Shown here one piece after another: positions 23,972 to 34,823 of a stretch of 64,000 bases of DNA. The DNA comes from Tubulanus polymorphus (lineage: Eukaryota > Animalia > Nemertea), in assembly GCF_964204645.1 (NCBI RefSeq), contig NC_134029.1:13480850-13544849 (forward strand), written 5' to 3'. The notes under the pieces were generated by a model. The model worked only from the letters and a program-made list of their open reading frames with translations. It had not been told where the DNA came from and did no database searches. Numbering within the stretch: the first letter of the stretch is position 1; the number at the start of each line of letters is the position of its first letter. A program made the position numbers and the translations under genes.

Positions 23972-24244
23972 TTATTCTATAGCTCTGTACATTGAATGTA
24001 TATAGGCTAAAATAGAATCATTTTCTAGTATAAACATCGTATCCTCAACGTATTGTTCATTATTTGGATCAGTGTTCCATAATTCAATAAATTTCTTTCC
24101 TTTTGTTAACTGTTCTGAATATAACTGTAAATATTCTAGTTTCAATTTATTCTCTAAATGTGTTCTAGTTTTATTGTGTCTTGCTTTTTGGGATTTATCT
24201 ATATCGATATTACATGTTGGGCAGTAGTACTTATTTGCTTCCAT
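23972..24244 (-). CDS. Small C2H2 zinc-finger protein sharing a C-terminal module with the HNH protein
   Basis: YCPTC..HNKTRTH; LQLYSEQLTKGKKFIELWNTDPNNEQYVE. Confidence 0.6.
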   Translation of the reverse strand: MEANKYYCPTCNIDIDKSQKARHNKTRTHLENKLKLEYLQLYSEQLTKGKKFIELWNTDPNNEQYVEDTMFILENDSILAYIHSMYRAIE

Positions 24245-24310
24245 TTTAATACTATATTTTTTATTAAAATTGATTTTAGAAGTTCAATGATTTAAATGTT
24301 ATTCATATAT

Positions 24311-24470
24311 ATGAATATTTTAAGAGTAATAGGGATAATAGGCTTTCAAGCTAAAGGTTGAACGGGCGGGTGAGTAAAAATGAAAAACATAAAAATAATT
24401 ACAATTTCTACTTGAATTAGGAGTGAAACTCATAAAAATGAAAAATAAATTCGAGCGTGTGAGAATATTT
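24311..24470 (+). repeat. Interspersed repeat end; inverted homolog at 47375-47476
   Basis: atgaatattttaagagtaatagggataatagg...aaaggttgaa...gtgagtaaaaa...ataaattcgagc is shared by both copies. Confidence 0.65.
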
Positions 24471-25463
24471 GAGGACTTATGAACTAAAAATTAGTTAAAT
24501 TTTTGATACATTTTGAGAAAGTCACAAAACATTTGATACTGCGTTAGAGTTCTGTATACAAAGCATACGGGGTTTAACAGTACCTTTGACCCTGTCACGT
24601 ATCACAGCAAATCTTAAACAGATGTGGCTATTTTGAACAGGAAATTACTGTGCCATCTCAAAATGGTCAATTTTTCGCTAGTTGACTTTTAGAATTTTAA
24701 TTGAAAGGTAGAGACTATTTCGGCGTCATTTATTTGTCATTTGTGATTACATCCAGCAGTCAAATGATTTCATTTCAATCGCTGCCTCAACTTACAATCG
24801 TCACGATTTTTTGTATATTTTTCTGTCATATCTGAAACTCGGGTCCCCAGGGCGAGTCACTATTAAAGCCATGAGACTACATCGAAGTACCGATCATCAT
24901 GACGTAAGCCGAAAGCCGTTACCGCTCTCCGCAAAATACATTCGTTACCGTAATCCAACTGAATTTTTATAGAATATATGTAATGAAATTTATCAATGAA
25001 TCGGTCAAATGAAACATTTTCTTTAGAATATGTAAAATGTGCGAGGATTCAGCGTAAATTCAAATCAGCGAAATTAATATAATAATCAACGATTCAGTGA
25101 TTCAGCGAAGTTCGGAACACCCCCAAAACGAAGCACATCTGACTCCAATTCTATATAAATTGTCATCCGATTCTAGAAACGTTTTCGTATCGCAATCATG
25201 GCAATTGCGCAATATAAGTATAAGGCTCGCACTTAAACTTCTTTTAAACCCATAATTTGGAATGCGTACGATGTACATTCCTAACTGTTCAAGTCATTCC
25301 TCAATGATAGGAGACGTTTGACTGAAACACTTTTGGATTCCTCGTCAGTCAAAACTACAAATCAACCGACTGATATCGGACCAGCAATAACTTCAAAAAC
25401 TGATCAAGTTAACTGACTGATCTTAATCTTGGATTAGTGAATACTGCAAATATAATGCAGTAA

Positions 25464-25687
25464 ACCGACCTAGGTTACAATATTGTAGCCTCGGTCAGTG
25501 TATGCAGATAAATCCGCGCAAGTCAACCGACCTAGGTTACAATATTGTAGCCTCGGTCAGTGTATGCAGATAAATCCGCGCAAGTCAACCGACCTAGGTT
25601 ACAATATTGTAGCCTCGGTCGGTGTATGCAGATAAATCCGCGCAAGTCAACCGACCTAGGTTACAATATTGTAGCCTCGGTCAGTGT
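25464..25687. repeat. 62-bp tandem repeat, 3.6 copies, with an internal palindrome
   Basis: Units start at 25464, 25526, 25588 and 25650; gacctaggttacaat/attgtagcctcggtc. Confidence 0.9.
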
Positions 25688-25984
25688 TCCACTGATGAAT
25701 CATACATTTGCCTCAACCTAGTCTGCCAGGTTACTTATTGTTTTGTCTTTATCCTGACCCAATCATAACCGTATTTCTTTTTTCAGCTTTACAACTGATT
25801 CCACGAATTTAATAATTCCATTTTCGAATAATAATGTGTTTCTTGCTAAATTAGAATTATATGCTGCTTCATTATCGTTACTAAACTCGTTTCAGGTTGT
25901 TGTTCATCGGTTAAACTGGGTTCATCAAAAGTACCCATTTAATAATCTTCTCCACCATCTACTTCCATTTATATAATACAAAAA

Positions 25985-27057
25985 TTAAAATTTTAAATAT
26001 AATATTCCTCGTGTTACAATTCCTATACAAGTTATAGCTGATTTAGTATTTTCATGTGATTTATTATCACTATTACTTTTAATTATTTAATGTTGAATAT
26101 TATTAGTTTTTATATCTTCCGATGTATTGTAATCTTTGATTTTAGAATCATTATTTTATTTAATATTCTTAGTTTTAGTTTCAGTTGAGTGTCTATTCTT
26201 TTTTAATTTTTTCACCTTCCATTAGTTTTGAAGCAGTGACAATTAGTTTATTTATATCATTTTATCCAAACTTTTTATTTATTGCTGCAGTTTTAATTAG
26301 GTTATTATAACCAATTATATTTCCCATTTTTAATATTAAATCATCAGATATAATTAATAAATTAGGACCTATACAGTAATTTAATCTTACATGAGATTTA
26401 TCTAAATAATTTTGATATCTTACTATATTGTCTGGGATCGATCTATTTTATCATTATGAATAGAACTTTGAAATAATAATTTGAATGGTTTTTGTGTATC
26501 AAATGGTGTATTCAAATTTCCAATTATTGGGAATCTTGTTTCAATTTGTGATCCTAATATACAAATCAAATATATTCTTATAGATTGATTTATTCTCTGT
26601 ATACCTGATTTTGTAAATCCTTCACTTTTTTTTAAAATAAAATAAATCCAACCATTATTGTTTTCTTGTTTTGAAATTATCATGAAATTTCGGTAATTTA
26701 TTGAAATTTAATATTCTTAAATCCATGTTTTCCATTTTGCCGTAACCTAATTTATTATTATAGATATTGTTATTATTAGATTATATTATTGGTTCTGCCA
26801 ATACATCATATTCGATTTTAATAACCATTGTTTTTCTTCATTCAATTTTTTAAAATAGATTAAGTATACATGAAATATATTTTCCATCTTTACATTAAAA
26901 TTATAAGTTTCAGTAACATAAATATCTGAATTAATTAATGAATTTAAAACTTCATTTTTGTATGTAATATATAATATTAAAATCTATTGCTGGAATATTA
27001 TATTTAATTGATTTATTATATTGAAAAGCTTTTTTATATTGAAAAACTATCTACCAT
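25985..27057 (-). pseudogene. Conserved Polinton hypothetical gene with C-terminal TM (decayed)
   Basis: GW..FIL..SEGFTKSGIQRINQSIRIYLICILGSQIETR..FDTQK; copies at 42740-43905 and 54570-55632. Confidence 0.7.
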
Positions 27058-27073
27058 TTATATAATAAAAAAA

Positions 27074-27505
27074 TTAATAATTTATTAATTCTTTTAATAA
27101 TTTATCTTGTTCTTCAATTGTTATATTACCATTTAAACTAATAATATAATCGAGTGTATTGTTCAATTTATTAATTTCTTTTATATTAGATTTTATTTTT
27201 TCTTGATTACTTTTTATATTTAATTTTGAACTTATTCCGGTTAAAACACTTGAACTTAAACCTAAAACGCCAATTGATATAGCTAAAGGTGTTAATGGAC
27301 TGAATATTGCTAAAAATGTTATCACCGAACTAAATGTAACTGAACCACTAATAATAAAATAATACATAATTTTACTTGTTAAAAATGTTTTCTTTTTAAT
27401 TTTTAATTTTTCGAATTCTTATATTTGTTTTTCTAAATAAATTTTTAATTTTGTTTTATTCAAATATTGAGGAATAACATCAACACCATCAATGTTATCT
27501 TCCAT
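27074..27505 (-). pseudogene. Small two-TM Polinton protein
   Basis: Hydrophobic hairpin ITFLAIFSPLTPLAISIGVLGL; copies at 43923-44347 and 55649-56079. Confidence 0.65.
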
Positions 27506-27511
27506 TTATAT

Positions 27512-27965
27512 TATGAAAAAATTACTAATTAGTAAATTTGTATGCTATAAATATAACAATAACTGTCCCACCTAAAATCCATATTATTTCATATTTCTTC
27601 TGTTCATTACTTGGGGTATAATAATCCGATATTGTAGGTTTATATAGATGTATTTCTTTTCTTTATTTGTTACTGCGTTATATAAACTCATTGCATCACC
27701 GACTGATTTAAAATCTCGATGTAAAATATTTTGATTATATAATTCATAATATAATATTTTCATAATTAATATAATCCATACAATTTTGTCTCTTTTCTCT
27801 ATATTCTTCAGCTGCTTTATTATATTTTTCTAACGCTAAGTTATGTCTTTTTTGTTCTGATAATGAGCCATTTTTATCAATATCCTTAAATAAATATCCA
27901 CCACAAGTAAATGCTAAAGCGTTAACAATTGCCGATCCTATAATAGTTATAATTGCAGATGCCAT
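27512..27965 (-). pseudogene. Polinton protein with N-terminal hydrophobic/amphipathic helix, coiled coil and C-terminal TM (frameshifted)
   Basis: MASAIITIIGSAIVNALAF..EQKRHNLALEKY; copies at 44353-44780 and 56086-56539. Confidence 0.7.
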
Positions 27966-29234
27966 TTATATAACAAAAAAATTAAACTTCAATAGGAGGA
28001 ATATATTTTTGTTTTTCTCAATAATCAATTGTTAAATTAGATAAAGTAACTGCTAATGTTAATTTTGAAATATCATTGATATCAAATCTATCAACATTGA
28101 TATTATTATTATTATTATTATTATTATCCACTTCTGAAAAAACCTACGGTATTATTAGCGAAAAAAATTGAGACCCACTAGTTTTTAAATACTCGTAAAT
28201 ACATTGTGGGTACTTTTTTTCTATCATATCTTGGCAATTGTTGTTCATTAAGTCTGGTTGATTCTAAAAAAGTTGACCCATTTAGTTTAACATTTCGTTT
28301 AAAAGTTGTTAGTAGTCAAATCTAACAGAAGATGATTTTTATGTGACGAAACTCAGTGGAAAATATGTTAGAATAATGATCAGCAGGAACCCTTATAATA
28401 ATAATCAGCAGGAATACAATAGGGTTTCTGCGAAGGCAGCAGAAACCCTAATAAAAGACATAAATTTTTCAGATGGAACGTATAGTTTCTTATTTTTGTT
28501 CAAGGGGCTGGAGATTATTAAGTCTCTTATTGGTTCGGTAGGCCTAATCTATAAGCGTGATTGTGAACCGTTTTGGAGGATAATTAGGGTTTTCTAATTC
28601 TTCACAGAAATTGAGATTCGCGTGATTATTATTATTTTTTCCCCTTTTCCACTCAGTTTTTGTTAAAAGTGCAAAGGCTTCCTTACCTTACCGCTGTTGC
28701 CGATACAATCACTGTCGAGCCGTAAACATCGAAAATTTGGCCTCGTTCAATTAGTAGCCATGTTGTGTTTTCTTCCGACATTTCTCTCTTCTTTTTGTGG
28801 AAGAGATATCGAATTATTCCCTCTCTTCTCCACAATCAATTTCTAAATAAACGCCCCAACCCCGGCAAGTAAGTTCAAACTGTGCTGTGCGGAGGCAATC
28901 TAACAAAACTCGACCCCTGTGGACTCTTTCTAATATTCTATTGTAATTTTAATCATTTTGCTAAGGTTTTTTGAAAGAATAATCGAATTCTCTGAAATTT
29001 CGATGCGTGACTCCCTGTTCCCTTAGGGGGAGTTAGATTTGACCACCCAGTTCGTTGTGTCGGGACTCTAACCGCCTCAGTGCGGTGTATGAATCGGTGA
29101 AGCATTTTACTAGTACCCCACACTGTGGTGTATTGATGATCATATAATTATACTATATTCTTTTCAACCATTATTTATTACACAAAAAAGATTACCTCGA
29201 ACCCCACAAAAATAATTTTAATAACATTTTTCCA

Positions 29235-29850
29235 TTGGACGAGAAGATACAATGTGAAATTTGTGGTGAATACACAGAAAACGTAATATGGCTCGACATA
29301 TGAAAAAACATGATGAAAATTATAAACCCCCTAAAATAAAACTGTCCAAATTGTAATAAAACATTCTCTAGAAATTATTTTAAAAAACATTCAGAGAAAT
29401 GTAAAATTAAAGACTTAATAATTAATGTTGGTAGTAACGAAAGTAATAATAATTCTGTTGAAGTTGAACCTATTTGGAAAAGACCTTTTTTATTTTATGA
29501 CAAGAATAATGTAAAGAATAATTTATGTGAGCATTGTCGAATAAGATTTTGTCCTGAAAATACAGAAGATTGGGAGAATCATCAATTTAATGAAGAACAT
29601 TTAAATAAAATTTCTAATCATTTGAAACAGAATTCAATGAAAGAAAAATTAATATATTAGAAAAAATAAAATATGAGAAAACGTTACCAGATAATTAAAA
29701 AAAACACTTGAAAAGTTAGAAAAATATTATAATGAATTAGTAAGAAAAACATATTATTGTAAATATTGTACACTGATTATTACAACAAGTAATTCAAATC
29801 TACATAATAAAACAATAAAACATAAAGAAAACGTAAGTAAATACTAAGGA
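29235..29850 (+). pseudogene. Multi-zinc-finger Polinton gene (decayed)
   Basis: Homolog of ORF 46243-46692 (CEIC..H, CPNC, CEHC); start ATG>TTG and frameshifts. Confidence 0.65.
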
Positions 29851-29854
29851 CTTA

Positions 29855-30484
29855 ATGAACAACTATTGCCAAGATATGATAGAAAAAAAGTACCCACAAT
29901 GTATTTACGAGTATTTAAAACAAGAAGATTCTATGATATTTTGTAATGAATGTGGATGGCAAAGAAATTTATGGGGTGATGAAAGCACTAGAGATTTTCT
30001 TATAGAAAAATTAAAATATCTAGATGAAACAATTAAAATATTTTCTATAAAAGATCATACACCAGAATATATGCGATGGCTTGAAAAAATGAAAATGATA
30101 GAAAATAAGAATGGTGAAATAACTAAGATAGGTATAATAAAAACAATTATTCCATCAACATTTAACACAAAACAAAAGAAAATGTATTTATATTTATTAT
30201 TTAACGATCATTACAAAAAACCTAAATTAACAAAAGAAGATATGAAAAATATAAAAGAAACATTCATAAAAATATTAAAATATTGTGCGGATAATAAAAT
30301 AACAGATTCAATTAATTATGAATTCTTTTTAAATAAGATTGTAAATTTTTTAAGCATCGATATTAAAATTCCATTTGATGAAATAACAAATAAAAAGAAA
30401 CGAAAAGAGCGAGATGAAATGTGGAATAATATTGGATTTTATTTAAATGAGAAAAATGAAATGGAAGAACATATAGAAACCTAA
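29855..30484 (+). CDS. Poxvirus/NCLDV late transcription factor VLTF3-like protein
   Basis: N-terminal FCNECG and C-terminal INYEFFLNKIVNFL..KKRKERDEMWNNI; partial copy at 46895-47290. Confidence 0.6.
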   Translation: MNNYCQDMIEKKYPQCIYEYLKQEDSMIFCNECGWQRNLWGDESTRDFLIEKLKYLDETIKIFSIKDHTPEYMRWLEKMKMIENKNGEITKIGIIKTIIPSTFNTKQKKMYLYLLFNDHYKKPKLTKEDMKNIKETFIKILKYCADNKITDSINYEFFLNKIVNFLSIDIKIPFDEITNKKKRKERDEMWNNIGFYLNEKNEMEEHIET

Positions 30485-30567
30485 GAACCTAAAGAAATTA
30501 TAGAAAAACAATTAGATGAAAATAGAGAAGCCAATAGTGATTTTGAGTATAATGATATTGATACATT

Positions 30568-31022
30568 TTAATAACCATAAGGTAATGTTTTTATTCCATC
30601 ATCCAGAATATACCTTTTATCGTCGAATGGATTTGAGCTAGTTTGTTTAACTTCATTAATGTACATCTCGTGATCTTCTGATCTTTAACAATTAATTTTA
30701 TGTTTCATTACTATTGAGTTATATAAACACTTTATATAATCTTGAAATTCTATATGTTTATCAACCACATGCTTTGTTATTCCTTTTAACGTTTTAGCTT
30801 CATGATCTTTTGTTCTATAACTATACATTTTACTTCTTATCCCAACAAATTCAATCATTTCATCACCCCCTAATTCATCTTTAAACTTTCCAGGAATTTT
30901 TTATTATCATCGCTAAATAATTCATGATCTTTTGGATAATTGCTAAAGTCAAAATGATGTTTTAATGTTTTTAAGTCTTTTGTTATGTTATTTGTCTTGA
31001 TTTTTAGTATGTAAGCATCCAT
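30568..31022 (-). pseudogene. Protein-primed family B DNA polymerase, C-terminal extein
   Basis: (T>M)DAYILKIKT, FDFSNYP, PGKFKDELGG, EFVGIRSKMYSY, LKGI, FDDKRYILDDGIKTLPYGY*. One frameshift and one stop. Confidence 0.9.
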
Positions 31023-31990
31023 ATTTAAGCAAATTAAAGGAAATCCACAATTAAATGTACCATCTTCAGTAGTTAAATCGTAAACATCATCTGTTGGGTT
31101 ATATATTTCAAATGAATCTCTAACTTCCTCAGTTAATTCTTTTTCAACATGCCTTAATTTAAATATATTCGGTTTAGATTTAATTAATCCAATATTCATA
31201 TTTAAACCTAATGAATTACATAATAGATACAATCCTGATATAGCAACTTTAACTTTTTGAGCAAATGAAATAGTTTTTGTTTTTGTATATTCTTTTAAAC
31301 CATCTGCTGCGTAGAATCCAATGAAGAACCATTTTCTTAAATTATATTTTGCATTTAATACATAATCTGGGACTACCTTTTCTTTTGTTGAAGTATTACT
31401 ATTGAACTATTGCGTGAATATAGAATTCATCATTATATTTAATTGCTAAATCTTTAGGATTATTTACATATATTCTATAAACTACTGATGATTTCATAAT
31501 ATCTATGATTTTAAAAACTTTGTGCGAATAAACTTCTTCACAGTATTCTTGATTTCTTTCTAATAATTTCAAATCTTGACTACATAAATACCTACAATAT
31601 TTTGTACAATTAACATATTTATAAACACCTGCTGAACCATCTCCCATAAAAAATCCTTTGACAAAATTTTCTTTGTCTTCTAATGTTTCTGGTTCTATGT
31701 TATAGTATTATGAATCATTTCATCAAATGACATATGATTCATTCTTGGAAAAAATCTTTCATCTCCAATTTTTATATTAGTTGGTTTTATTTCATCACCA
31801 TTTCGTCTGTTTAAACTATAATCTTCAGTAACATCTACAAACCCTAGTTTAGTTCTAACTCTATAGATTTTCTTATAAATGATATAATATTCTTTAATTT
31901 TTTCCATCCATTTCTTGTCCAAACATCCATTAATCCATTTATTTGTATTAATTCTTTTTCACCATACGAAATATAAAGTCCATCTTGTTT
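31023..31990 (-). mobile_element. LAGLIDADG-endonuclease intein remnant in the pPolB catalytic motif (N-terminus lost)
   Basis: VWTRNGW, KKIYRVRTKLGFVDVTEDYSL (block B), FVKGFFMGDG (C), KVVPDYVLN (D), FFIGFYAADG (E), GLYLLCNSLG (H), VYDLTTEDGTF (F) and terminal Asn at 31025-31023. Confidence 0.85.
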
Positions 31991-33829
31991 AGCGAATCAC
32001 ATCAGATGCGTTGTTTTTCGCTGGCAGGTTCGCTCTATCAATACTAAACATCCGATTCACCAGATATTGGCTATAGTGGCATCCTGTCCAGTCAGGAAAT
32101 CTTAGACCGGAGTAATACAGCAATATGGTCTGCGGCAGGGTTTGTTTTGGTGTGAGCTTCGGCAGGAGGCGATTAAACCCCTGCAAGCGAGCATGCTTTA
32201 AGTTAGGGAACAGTGCTCAAGTTAGCGAAGAAATGTAACAATGACAGCATAATTTGGCTATCGTATTTGAATCTACGTGTATTTTGATAGTCTAATATGA
32301 GTGAGAACAGAATTCCGGGTGGGGTAGGCGTTCAAAAGCAGTTAAGGCGGTGTTGGGAATCGACAGACTCAGAATGGCATCTCCATGAAATAACCAATCC
32401 GAACTAATAGCGTTAACTATGCAGGAGGGAAGAAGACCAATGAGTGACAAGTTGGTCCAGCGAGTCACGAAGTGGAAACTTTATTTCAAATCAATGAACT
32501 TGACGTCCAATAACTATCATAAAAACAAAATCACGAAGGGCACCATAACTTACTATCACTGCTGCTGCTGCAATCAGTCTTTATCGGTGCAGTGGGTAGG
32601 TTTTTTTCCACTGACTTTAGGCCTGTTAATATAGGCGACGACAAGGTGACACGTCGCTGACATTTTCTGACGCTAATTAGTAAGACCGCAAATGCGGAAC
32701 ATAAGCGGAACATCAATGGCCTAATGGACCGGACCAATTCAATTCAATATAAAAATGCGTACAATAAATAGATAAAACCTCTTGAATATTTGTAATATTT
32801 ATATCTGCGAACAAAACAACGAACTGAAGCTATTGAAATGCATGTATCCAGTGCTTTTCACAGTCGCATGCGTGCGTACGTACCATTCTTAATAACTGGC
32901 ATTCCGTATTTAGTCCGAATACGTTTTTTCGTGAATCAATTGCTAGTCCAGATACGTTTTTTTCTCGGTTGTGCGGGAATGCCGATTGCCGATCGCCTAT
33001 CGTGGAGTGTAGCCTGACAGTAAGCAATTTTAAGTTTAAAATACAGTACAGTTTACATACAGTACAGATGTACAGTTTACATACATAGAATCCGAGTGCA
33101 GAGTGGAAACGTAATATTTCTATCAGAATTCCACATTCCGTTTAGTAGCTGTTAGTTGACGAATCCGAGAGAAGATGAATTATATGTGATGAATAAAGTG
33201 GAAAATATGTAAATAATGATAATAATCAACAGAATCACAAGAGGGTTTTCGACGAAAGTCAGAAAACCCTAAAAATGTATTTTCTCAAATTATGAATGGA
33301 AACGCATACCTATCTTTGTCATGAAGTTTTTGGCAGAATTTCAGAGAATCCGTGCACCAATTAGTCAAAATACGTAGCCTATCGTGTACATTTTATTCTT
33401 TTGAATGAATATATAGATATGAATAGACAATGTATGAAATAATTATGAGTTTTCCTAATTTGAATATAGTTATGAGTTATTCTTATCATATTAAGAATGA
33501 ATTTGATGCATTGCAGTTATTTATGGTCTTCGATTCCTACTCATGGACCCCAAAAAGAGAGGAAATCATAAATGAATTATAGTAAGACAACATTGTGTAA
33601 AAAAGGTATACAAATGAACCAGAGATGCGGGCCTTTCCTTCATGACGCAGCAGAAGAAGAATGATTCAGTATTCAAAGTTTTACAGAATGATTTACATTG
33701 TAACGATCTAACAAGTTTTAAAATAGTTAAGAGGTACAGGCTATGTGGCGATAATCTTCATTTTCTGTTAATATATCCTTACATGAAAAGACAAGCCCAT
33801 TTTAGCTGCACCAAAGATCACACTACATG

Positions 33830-34260
33830 AAAAAATGCATCAAGAATTGGTGTAGGCATCGTGCTGAAAAGAAATCCAAGATGGATGGCAACCCTGGTGG
33901 CCATACTTGAACTCCATTTTCAATAAGGGTAGACATTTCACCTACCAAAATTCTTACACCTAGTATCCTGAAAATGCACCAAGAATTGCAGGCCGTTTCA
34001 TGCTAGAAATTCAAGATAGCTGACCTTGGCGGCCATATTTGAAGGCCGATGACCTCCATATATAAAAGGCATGGACAGCTTGACCGTGATCCTCACACCA
34101 AATTTTGTGGAAATCCATCAAGAATTGTGGGTTGCATCGTGCAAACAAGAAATTAAAGATGGCCACCCAATGGCAGCCATATTTGATCACCATTGACATT
34201 TTTTTACAATAGGGGTGGACATCTCGCCAGACCCAATCTTCATGCTAATTTTCAAAAAGA
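33830..34260. repeat. Degenerate ~140-150-bp tandem repeats of a non-autonomous element
   Basis: Recurrent caagaattg..catcgtgc..aagatggc..gccatatttga. Confidence 0.5.
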
Positions 34261-34823
34261 TTCATCGCAAATTACCGGCGAATTACTGTGTCGAATTCAA
34301 TTCAATTCCAGTGGTCCTGATTTAGGCCTATGTATTAGGATGTCAATTAAAATTCAACTTTTTGAAAAACCAGCACAGATGCCTATTCAAATCACGTGTA
34401 ATTAAACAATTCAGTGCTTCTTAGTTTGGTGTCCCTGTTTATATCGCGCACGTGGTTAAAATTATAGTTTACATCGAACATCTTCAACAGCTGATACGAC
34501 CACACCCGCGTCTGTCAATCATCTTAATTGATTCATATACTAAAATGCTCACTATGAAAAAAACTATGCGGTGGATCAATCCGAAATTTTTCAGTAGAAT
34601 GTCAGACACTAGGTACCTTTCTTTAAATTTTATTTGTTGTATGTCATTAACATTCAGTTATACAGTACTTTATTCATAACTTTGAAGCGGCGCTCAACGC
34701 TCAAGCAAGGTCAGTCACGTAGGCCAATGATAACACGAAACAGACCACGGTTTTGCCGGTTAAGAGCGTCTCTCCACATAAATTAGAGGGACTGTAATGG
34801 ACCATTTGTTGACACTAACCTTT

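Larger units (their letters stand above)
15660..24300. mobile_element. Polinton/Maverick (adintovirus-like) fragment A
   Basis: Abrupt shift to very AT-rich, intronless, tightly packed ORFs: capsid, ATPase, integrase, HNH. Boundaries are approximate and no TIR was identified. Confidence 0.85.
25841..31990. mobile_element. Polinton fragment B (with ~1 kb of unrelated DNA at 28138-29150)
   Basis: Homologous gene series to fragments C and E, plus VLTF3-like and pPolB genes. Confidence 0.85.

Noticed and set aside
25464-25687. CRISPR-like array (palindromic ~30-bp repeat plus ~32-bp spacer)
   Set aside because: The 'spacers' are identical, there are no cas genes, and the context is eukaryotic; it is a plain tandem repeat.
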